DNA from: Eledone cirrhosa
Taxonomy: Eukaryota
Length of the DNA stretch: 64,000 nucleotides
Direction of reading: 5' to 3'
Assembly (NCBI GenBank): GCA_964016885.1
Contig: OZ024750.1
Coordinates: 11,656,001-11,720,000, forward strand
The notes under the pieces were generated by a model that had not been told where the DNA came from, ran no database searches, and saw nothing but the letters and a program-made list of their open reading frames with translations. The position numbers and the translations under genes are program-made. Numbering within the stretch: the stretch's first letter is position 1; each line of letters opens with the position of its first letter. This document shows, piece after piece, positions 53,430 to 64,000 of this stretch.

Positions 53430-56266
53430 CTTGACTCTGTTTTCCTGTGTTTTTCATTGAAAAAATTTTGAATACATCTTCTCTTTTCATGATATTTGGA
53501 TTACATTGAGTTCTTCATACGGATTGGACACTACCGTATATTTTGGTAGATTTATCTACATGTATATATATATATATATTAAAAGGTCGGAGGCCATATT
53601 GAGTTGATTTAGGTTTATTTAAAACTCTGTTATACATATTTCACTGAGGACTATCAGTTATGATAGCCTGAGCTCTTCAGACAACAAAACCTAAAGTAAA
53701 AATTGAAAGTTCCTAATTTACATATGTCTATAATAATAATGATAATAATAATAATATGTAAACAAGATTGTTATTGCTCCAATCAGTCCACAGACACTCA
53801 GCAAACACCCTAAACTGAACACTAACCTTATACTCATGACTCCTGCCAAACCAAACCAAACCAAACCTCATTCACCCTCCAAATTCATCAAACCAAACAC
53901 GGTCCACTTTCCCAAACTCAGCATACATAACCAGACAGATTGCAAACAGCCAGCAAATGGAGAAGACAGATGTTATTAAGATGAGAATGTTCTGATTACT
54001 GCTGCAACAGTTAATACATGTTGCTAGATCACTGCAGTATTGGAATATATAAATACATGTAAAAAACACAAATTTATCTTTAGACTTTGAAAAACTCTAA
54101 ACTTTTAATTTTCTGAAAATACTTGTAGAAAAAAATAGCAAAAGAAAATGGAAGGAAATAATTGATTTGAATGTAGTTTCATGTTTTACAAGTTTATTAG
54201 TTTGTATCAGAATATTGAAAGAAAAGAAATATGTACTTTCATTGTTTTGTTTTCCAAATATTGTAAGAAATATTTGTTTTAATTATTTTATTCATTTTTT
54301 TTTGTCTTTTTAGTTTGTCCTATAGTTTGTTGAGTACATTTTTAAACTAATTTAATTTTTTATTTTTGTGTTTCACTTTTTACATTTGAATCTGCAGCTA
54401 ATTTCATCTGCTTTCCAGCTTCAAATATTCTAAAAATTACATTGAGTTATTTAATTGAGAATCCTTTCATTTACATCTCAACTTCATCAGTTCATTCTTG
54501 GTTAACATGCAAGAAAAACAGTTCTCTTACATTATCATTGACTAATCTAGACATTTCTAGATATAAATCATCATTATCATCTGGATTGGCAGAATCAGTA
54601 GAGGGTCGGATGCCATGCTTTGCAGCATAGAGGTACGGCCCTTTACGGTTTGAGTTCAAATCCCGTTGAGGTTAACTTTGCCTTTCACCCTTACGAGGTC
54701 GATAAAATAAAGTACCAGTAATGTACTGAAATGGATAATTACTGGCCTTAGGCCAAAAGTAGAAACAATTATCATCATCTAATGTCCACTTTCCCTGCTA
54801 GCAAGGGTTGGATAGGTCTACATTGACCAAGTCAGTACTGAAGTGAAGCTACTGACCTCCCAGATAAGCCAAGCGGTGTCTGGACATGTTGCCTTTACAC
54901 AATACACTATGAATATATGTCACTGGGTTTCACAAGTATTTTTTATCTATTATTTCCAGTACAACAGTAAATTCTAGAATTATTTCTTCAAATCACCGTT
55001 ATCCCTAAATGTAGCTGATTAGATCTGATTATGCTTCTGTAATTTCATTATAACCTCCTCCACTCATTAATGATAAATCATTGCATTTATTTCTATTTAA
55101 ATAATTTGGTCTTTTGTGAACCACACCCTGTAATATACTGGGAGAAATCTACTCTTGTATTTCTGAAAACTCAGGAAGATTTATTATACATATATATATA
55201 CACACACATGCACCATCACACACACACATACACCATCAAACATACACACACACCATCACACATGTGTCCATGTGTGTCTACATAAAAACATGAATTTCAA
55301 AAATCTTTCAATCCTTAACCCTTTAGCATTTACATTACTCTACTATTACATTATTGCGGTAAAGGTTTTACCTTACATAATTATCTCAAATAATATTGAA
55401 TCTACGTGATTTTAATGATATTATTTATTTATTTTGAGAATAATACCTTAATAATAATAAACGGCTGGTTATGGCCGATTTGAACAGAAAGAGGTAAGAG
55501 AACTCTGGCCGGATATGGCCGGTTTATATGCTAAAGGGTTAATAGAATGATTTCTTTCTCTTCTTTATTTATCTGTTATAATTTCTTCTAATCTGTGCAG
55601 CAATATATATATATATTTTCCTCCTTCTTTGATCCTGTCCTTGTTTTTCTTTCTTTATTAGATAACAATAGATAAGAGATTACTACTTCACATTATTACA
55701 ATAGTTTGATGAAACTATTAAATATATTGAGTGCTGTGATCCAGCTTAGTGAGTACATTAAACGATGATGATGATGATATGTTTTGCTTTAGTACTTCTA
55801 CTCTTCTCTTACTATCTGCAAGCAATATTTTATTAACACAATTCTATCTTCTGGATGTAAAAGTGGTATTTCTTGACACATTTGTGATTGCTGTAAATTG
55901 TTCACATACTGTGGAAATCCACAGGTGGAAATATTAACGCTAGCGAACATAATAATAATGGTTTCTACTTTAGGCACAAGGCCAGCAATTTTTTGGGGAA
56001 GGGAAAGTCGATTAAATCTACCCCACTGCATTACTGGTACTTTATTTATCAAACGACCCCTGTAAGGATGAAAGTCAAAGCTAACCTCAGCAGGATTTGA
56101 ACTCAGAACGTAAAGGGCCCCTCCCAGACAGGTTATGTTGTGGATTTGGCGCCAAAATTATTGGCTATTACTACAATAGTTCATACAATATGGAAGTAAG
56201 CTGTAGTTTCGTACAGTCACAAAATTGTTGAATGTGTGATTTCAATACGCACATACACACACATAC

Positions 56267-56329
<63 letters not shown>

Positions 56330-57157
56330 GCACATACATATGTATATGAGTATAAATATATATATTGGGTCGTCAAGTTTAAAATTTGTATTGTGGCATA
56401 TAGTTATGTTTTTTTCTACAAATTTCATACCTGACAACCCAATATATATATATAATATACACACACACACACACACACATAATATATATATATATATATA
56501 TATACTCTTATATTAAAATAATTGGGGAAGGACAAGAAAAAGAAAAAGAAAGGCAAAATGAAGCAAATTAGACTATTTACTTCCTTTATTTGATATTTAT
56601 TCTATACTATACTTAATCAGCTAACTACATGTTCATCATTGTTTTTCTAAATACTCAATCTCCTTTCATATATGTTTGGTTGGTTTGAGCTTAGTTTAAT
56701 TGCTGTGGGAATACATTGGAGAATTAATGAAATGGTTTGTGTTATCAGTGACTGGAATTTTGAAAATTCATGTTGGATCTTTTAAATATTTTGCTGGTCT
56801 TTGACTCAACATTAGAATTTGTTTACTGTTGTTTCATTGAACCTATTATATATATATATCATCATCATCATCATTATCATCATCATTTAACGTCTATCTT
56901 CCACGCTAGCATGGGTTAGACGGGAATTATCCCATTTGAAGGAATATTGATCGAGTGACTGTGTCTCGCTCGTATAGGACTGTATCTGGCGGGTTTTCTA
57001 CGACTGGATGCCCTTCCTAACACCAACCACATTTACAGTGTGGATACACACACACACATATATACATGTGTATATATGTATATGTATATACATATATATA
57101 TATGTATAGGGGGACACCCTATACATATATATTATATATAATATATATAATATATAT

Positions 57158-57244
57158 GTATAGGGTGTCCCCCCACAAAATGTATATACACTTCAACAGC
57201 ATTCTAATAAATATGTGTATACAATTGTTTTGGGACATCCTGTA
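57158..57244. mobile_element. Tc1-like mini-MITE. Second copy at 63517-63603, nested in a TTAACCCTTT...AAAGGGTTAA element at 63500-63687
   Basis: TA-TAGGGTGTCCCCCCACAAAATGTATA...TATACAATTGTTTTGGGACATCCTG-TA. Confidence 0.65.
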
Positions 57245-57304
57245 TATATATAACCTATGCTAGCATGGAAAATGGATGTTAAATGATGATGAGGATGATG
57301 TATG

Positions 57305-57344
<40 letters not shown>

Positions 57345-57397
57345 CCTTGCAAGCAGGGAAAAGCGGACGTAAAATGATGATGATGATATATATATAC

Positions 57398-57440
<43 letters not shown>

Positions 57441-57493
57441 CCTTGCAAGCAGGGAAAAGCGGACGTAAAATGATGATGATGATATATATATAC

Positions 57494-57528
<35 letters not shown>

Positions 57529-57598
57529 ATCATCATCGTTTAACGTCTATCTTCTATGCTAGCATGGGTGTGTGTGTATACATATGTGTGTCTGTGTG

Positions 57599-57635
<37 letters not shown>

Positions 57636-57656
57636 GTGTGTCTGTGTGTCTGTGTG

Positions 57657-57707
<51 letters not shown>

Positions 57708-58068
57708 TATTTTCATTATAGAACATAAGCAATTTCTCATTTGTTGATGTGAATTCATAAGTAGGCTTCCGTAATCCAGTTCTCAATTGAGAAGCAACAA
57801 CACATGTAAAGATATGTATACATTCTTAATACAGCTGTAATAGTGTCATATAATTGTGTTTTAGCTTACTAAATTAAACTAACTCCACATAATAAAGTTA
57901 TTCCTATAGTTTTTTTTAACATTCTTTTTGTAATCATTTATTTTATTTGTTTTAATAATTGCATTCACCTTCTTAATTGATCTTTGAACTTGAAGTCTTT
58001 TGTTTATTTCCATGATATCAGCTCCACATACCATTACCTTTGTTTATTGATAGCTAACATAAATATAT

Positions 58069-58285
58069 TACGAGGGTCGGCTGAACAGTTCATAGGATAA
58101 CTATGGAGGGGTGATGTTAGAGCTGTGAAATCTTGCATGCATTATTTTTAACTCTTCTGATTAATAATAACTGCATTGTTTCTTTCTAGGGACTATGTTG
58201 GAAAATAAACCTCATTTGGTCATTCCATGAGAGTGTCTTGGTCAGCCTATGAAGGGGTGGTGCTAGAGCTGTGAAATCTTAATTT
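58069..58285. mobile_element. Mariner-like non-autonomous fragment; related pieces near 24930 and 50005
   Basis: TA-CGAGGGTCGGCTGAACAGTTCATAGG TIR-like start shared by the copies. Confidence 0.55.
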
Positions 58286-59133
58286 CAACTCTTCTTATTA
58301 ATAACCACAGACATGTCACATATACTTACTTACATGTACTTGTGGTGGTGTTTACCCAGGAGGAGGTTGAGTCAGCTCCATCGAAGGTAATCATAGTGCA
58401 AGTACATTTCAATGGTGTTTCTTCGGGTGATTGGTTTCACTTTAGGATAGTGCAATCCAAGCATTACATCTGTTATAGCACCGATCTCTCGCTTTCACAC
58501 CCAACCCAACCCAACCCAATTTGGTGGAGCCTGTGTCGCAACAGAGATGCATAGGGGGGAGTTTGACCAGCAGAGGTGATAAACACAACCTATTTGAGTC
58601 ATTTTGTAGGCCAACAAGAGCTCACACACCACTACCCAGCTCAAACATACCGAGCCTCACCACCTACAAATCACATATGTACCTTTAACATAAATCTCTG
58701 AGACCACATGAATGGATATCAAATTTTTTAACCCTTCTGTCATACTGTGTCATCTACAAAGCTGCCTCTACTTCCTTCATGATGATGAAATAAGGAAAGG
58801 AAGATACCTTAAATGGTATTTCTATTCTATTATATCTCTATACTTAGTAATGATGGTTTAGTAAGTTCTTGGTGGTGTTTTGGTTTTTTTTTTAGTGTTT
58901 TCTTGGTGCTGTTTTTGTTTTTTGAAACAACATGTCTAGATTAAGTGGAAGATAGTCACAACAATTAGTGGTAACTGTGAAGTGAGATGAAAATATGAAA
59001 TAAAGTGGCAAGTTTGCAGGTTTAGAAAGATAAACATCAACAACTGAACATTGTATGTGTGTGAGTTTGTGGGTGAGTGTGCTTGTGTGTGTGTGTGTGT
59101 GTGCTCTGCCAAGTGGTGAATCAGACATAAGTG

Positions 59134-59172
<39 letters not shown>

Positions 59173-59630
59173 GATGAGTGTCTGTGTGTGTGTTAATGTG
59201 TGTGAGACACACATACACATGAGGATGGTGAGACCAAATTGGAGAATATATGTGAGCAAAAGTATGAGTACATGAGAGAATTAGTAGGATAGAAAGAGAA
59301 CAAGGCAGAGATGGATAGATGGGTAGATAGGTAGATAGAGATGTTTCTTTATTAGCCACAGGGGCACAAAAGGATGGAGAGATAGTGATGTAAATTGATA
59401 GATAGATAGATAGATTTCTTTATTTGCCACAAGGGCGCACAAGCAAAGGGGACGATAGATAGATGAATAGATAGATATGTTTCTTTATTAGCCACAGGGG
59501 CACAAAAGAAGGGGACAAATACAAAGGGGGAAGTTTACATACAATAAAAACGTGTAAAATGTTATCACTAGATAGATCGATCGATAGATAGAGATGTAAA
59601 ATGATAGATAGAGAGAGAGAGATGTAAATT

Positions 59631-59668
<38 letters not shown>

Positions 59669-60499
59669 TGTAAATTGATAGATAGATAGAGAGAGAGATG
59701 TAAATTGATAGATAGAGAGAGATGTAAATTGATAGTTAGAGAGATAGTGTGTGTGTTTGTTGCATGTGAGAATGTATGTGTGAAAATGAGAGGGAGAGGG
59801 GGAAAGTGTGTGTCTGTGGGAGAGAGAGAGAGAGATGGGGAAGAGAGAGTGAGCGAGTGCATGTGTAGATATGAAAGTGTTTGTGTGTGTGAATAAGAAA
59901 TAGGGAGGTGTATGTATGTGTGTGGGGGGGAGAGAAAGAGGGGCAGATAGAGAAGAGGGAGAGAAAGAGAGTTAAGAGGAATGAGGGTTAATTAAGGAAC
60001 AGGAGATGACTGACTGTAAAGGGGGTGATGGGTGGAGGAGAGGAGAGGGAGAAAGGAGGGTGGGAGAGGGAGAGAGAGAGAAAGAAAGGAGGCAAGAGAG
60101 GGGAGGAGAGAGAGAGAGGAGGGGAGAAAGAGATAGAGAAGAGAGGGGGGTGAGAGAGAGCAGAAGAGAGAGAGAGAGTAGGGTTTAAAACAAGGAAATA
60201 TAACAAAGAAAAGAGAAAAGAAAAAATTGTACCAGGGTAATGACAGAATCGGCTTTGGGGTGGGGGCAGTAATGGTTGGGGGGGGGGGGGGGTTATAGAT
60301 TGGGGTGGGGACCATAATGGCTACTGAGGGAAGGGGTGCCTTGTGGAGGTTACAGATTGGGGTGGGCGGGGACCGTAATGATTGCTGTGGGGTGGGGCTT
60401 TGTTGAGGTTATAGATTGAAGAAGAAAGGTTTGTGCTGGAGAAGAAACAAAAAGTTAATTTAAAACCTTCCAACCCTCCCCTGGAAAGTTGGTGGCAGG

Positions 60500-62050
60500 G
60501 TGAGGTGGATTAAGGAGGCTGGTGGTGATGGTGGCAGTGATTGTGGTTTCGGTGGTGGTGATGGTGGTGGCAGTGATGGTGGTGGCAGTGATGGTAGTGG
60601 TTGTGGTGGTGGTGATGGTGGTGGCAGTGATGGTAGTGGTTGTGGTTGTGGTGATGGTGGTGGTTGTGGTGGTGGTGATGGTGGTGGTGGTGATGGTGGT
60701 GGTGGTGGTGATGGTGGTGATGGTGGTGGTTGTGGTGGTGGTGATGGTGGTGGCAGTGATGTAGTGGCTGTGGTGGTGGTGATGGTGGTGGCAGTGATGG
60801 TAGTGGTTGTGGTGGTGGTGGTGGTGGTGGCAGTGATGGTAGTGGTTGTGGTGATGGTGGTGGCAGTGATGGTAGTGGCTGTGGTGGTGGTGGCAGTGAT
60901 GGTAGTGGTTGTGGTAGTGGTTGTGGTGATGGTGGTGGCAGTGATGGTAGTGGCTGTGGTGGTGGTGGTGGCAGTGATGGTAGTGGTTGTGGTGGTGGTG
61001 GTGGTGGTGGTGGTGGCAGTGATGGTAGTGGTTGTGGTGATGGTGGTGGTGGTGGCAGTGATGGTAGTGGTTGTGTTGGTGGTGGTGGTGGTGGTGGCAG
61101 TGATGGTAGTGTTTGTGGTGGTGGTGATGGTGGTGGCAGTGATGGTAGTGGTTGTGGTGGTGGTGGTGGCAGTGATGGTAGTGGTTGTGGTGGTGGTGGT
61201 GGTGGCAGTGATGGTAGTGATGGTGGTTGGTTGTGGTGGTGGTGATGTGGGCTGGTAGTGGTGGTGGTGGGGGTGGTATCAGGTGAGACACTAGCTACAA
61301 TTAAAGTAGTTAATTGGAACAGAAGGGTGAACTGTGTGGTGGTGGTGATGGTAGTGGTGTTGGTGATGGTAGTGGTGCTGTGGTTAATAGAGTTGGTGGT
61401 GTGGGTGGTGGTGGTAGTGATGGTAGTGGTGTTGGTGATGGTAGTGGTGCTGTGGTTAGTAGAGTTGGTGGTGTGGGTGGTGGTGGTAGTGATGGTAGTG
61501 GTGTTGTGGTTAGTAGAGTTGGTGGTGTTGTTGTGGTTAGTGGTGTGGGTGGTGGTGGTGTTGTGGTTAGTAGAGTTGGTGTTGGTGGTGTTGTTGTTAG
61601 TGGTATTGGTGGTGGTGGTGTTGTTGGTAATGTTGTGGTTAGTAGTGTTGGTTTTGTTGTGGTTGGTGATAGTGGTGTTGGTAGTGTTGGTAGTGGTGGT
61701 GGTGGTGGTGTTGCTAGTGTTGGTGGTGGTGGTGTTGGTAGTGGTGGTGATGGTGGTGGTGATGTTGTTGTTGTTGGTGTTGTTGGTAGTGATTGTTTTG
61801 GTTACTAGTGTTGGTGTGGGTGGTAGTGTTGTGGTTGTTGTTGCTGGTGGTGGTGTTGTTGGAGATGGTGGTTTTGTTGTGGCATTGTTGTTGGTGGTGA
61901 AGTTTACAGTGATGATATGATGATGTTTGTTGTAGTCATGGTGATGCAGATGATGATAATGATAATGATGGTGGTGGTGGTGATGGTGATCAGAGGGGGG
62001 GGGGTGTAGTAGTGATAGGGATAACAATGATGATGATGATAATGATGATG
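60500..62050. repeat. GGT/GAT/GTT trinucleotide-type low-complexity tract
   Basis: Direct reading; source of spurious poly-His/Thr/Val ORFs. Confidence 0.9.
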
Positions 62051-63066
62051 AATTAAAAGAGGGAGGCTGGGTTTCTTGAAATAAATTAATATTTTGGTAC
62101 AAAAGATAGGAAATTTGTTGTCAAGACCAATTATGATATTTTTCCTTTGTTTTCTTTTCTTAAAAAAAAAAATAATAATCAGAATGTGTGTGTAACTTAA
62201 ATAGTATGTGTGTGTGTATGACAAGTAGAGGGAGTGTATGTATGTATGAGTAAGGGATGGAGGGAGTGTATATGTGTGTGTGTGTTTGATAGAAGGAATG
62301 TGTATATGTGTGTGTGTGAAACAGAGAATGTGTGTGTGTGTATATATATGTGTTAATGTGAGTCAGAGAGATAGAATGTGTGTGAGAGAGAAAAGATGTA
62401 TACATATATATATAGAGGGGGGGGGGCAGACAGATATACTGATAGATAGATAGGAGAAATATATATTTAAATATTCAAAATAGAGAAGGAAAAAAAGATA
62501 GAGAGATGGAAAGAGAAAGAGAGGGACAAACAAATAGAAGTAAGAAAGAGAAGAAAGAGTACAAGTCAGATAGAGAGAGAGGGAGAGAGAAGAGAGACAA
62601 ATATAGACAAGCGAGGAAAAGGTAAACACTAAGAGATAAACATATATATATATATACACACACATATATACACACACACATATATGTATATATATATATA
62701 CACAATAACACACACATACATACGCACATATATATATATATATATATACACGTATATACACACACGTATATACACACACATATATATATATATATACATC
62801 TCTCTCTATATATATATATACATACTCAGACATTCACACAACCATCCATACATATATACGCATACAACGATCCATGCATACATACATATACATTCATACA
62901 ACGATCCATACATACATACATATACATTCATACAACGATCCATACATACATACACATACATCCATACAACCATCCATACATACATACACATACATCCATA
63001 CAACCATCCATACATACATACATATACATTCATACAAACATCCATACATACATACATATACATATA

Positions 63067-63112
63067 TGCGCCTGCGTACTTTGACCGGAAGTAAGTGCTC
63101 CGGCAATGGCGT
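63067..63112 (+). promoter_or_regulatory. Candidate housekeeping-type core promoter
   Basis: TGCGCCTGCG (NRF1-like), ACCGGAAGT (ETS) and AATGGCG (YY1-like) clustered in a CpG-containing patch. Confidence 0.5.
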
Positions 63113-64000
63113 CCGAGCTACTTTGTTGTCAATTTAGTAATAATTAGTGTAACAAGACCACTGCACACCATGGAATATTATATCTCTCTACTCCGTACTT
63201 GCATTTATACATGGGATTAAATACAAAGGTAATTATACACACAAGTAGATAGAAATGTATATTTTAAACTATTTAAATCATTTTATATCTTGTTTTTAAA
63301 TAATTTACTTCAGAAAATATATAAATATTTATTGAAAGAGAGAAATTGTTTTAAAAAAATATTGTTGTGATGTTTTCTCTGAGTTTCTCTCAAATAATTG
63401 TCTATTTATTTTTAAAAAAAGAGAGGAAAAATATATTTTTGGGGATTTTTTTTTCTATAATTAATTTAATGATTTGTTTACATTTTATAATAGTTAAATA
63501 TTAACCCTTTCATGTATATAGAGGGCGTTCCCCAAAAATGTATACACACTTTGACTAGAATGATGTTGAAGTGTGTATACATTTTTTGGGGACACATCCT
63601 TTATATTTGTACATTTGTAATGTTATTTTAATTTTGTAAATTATAGACGATGTATTTTATTTAAAATATAGTAATGAAAGGGTTAATATTTATAATATTT
63701 ATGAAATCAAATGAAATATTCATTTATTCACCTTTCCTTCTAGTCTCTGTCTCTGTTTTCACTTTCGTTACACCTCAGTTTATTAGTTCTAATTTTATTC
63801 TACTTTAATTTAAATATTATTTCGACTTTAATCCTACTTTAATTCATTATTTCTTCTACTTTTATACTTCTACTGCAGTTTATTTCTACTTTTCTACCGA
63901 GATTTTATTTCTGTCTTGGATTAGATTTGATTAAGTTACCCCCAAAAATATTTCTCCCGGCTTCGATTATAAAACAAAACATAAATGTGATCAATAGGTT

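Noticed and set aside
55812-55907. Minus-strand AG..GTAAGA-bounded frame YVNNLQQSQMCQEIPLLHPEDRIVLIKYCLQI
   Set aside because: Isolated, with no partner exons and no recognisable protein
60455-62102. His-, Pro-, Thr- or Val-rich ORFs of 220-530 aa
   Set aside because: Open in several frames on both strands because of trinucleotide repeats; similar tracts occur in introns here

Overview
AT-rich, microsatellite- and SINE-dense animal DNA. The repeat families look like an octopus (coleoid cephalopod); this is an inference. Genes: (1) the 3' part of a MET/RON-family (HGF-receptor-like) tyrosine kinase on +, with 18 coding exons at 569-31912 that splice in phase into about 952 aa (end of Sema, PSI, IPT repeats, TM, kinase, YENV tail, C-terminal TSV); (2) a complete 3-exon TUSC2/FUS1 orthologue (41043-45479); (3) a probable promoter near 63070-63110. 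Mobile DNA: a young Neptune-type Penelope-like element with 784-bp inverted ends and hammerhead ribozymes, many short Penelope-end hairpins in (TA)n, two SINE families, mariner and piggyBac-like MITEs and TE-born minisatellites. Main finding: non-repetitive intron and 3'UTR blocks in both genes are imperfect reverse complements of the genes' own coding exons. Some run colinearly across two consecutive exons kilobases apart and contain G-U and A-C oppositions. They are candidate gene-wide editing-complementary guides for ADAR recoding. All alignments were made by eye and need statistical and RNA-level testing.
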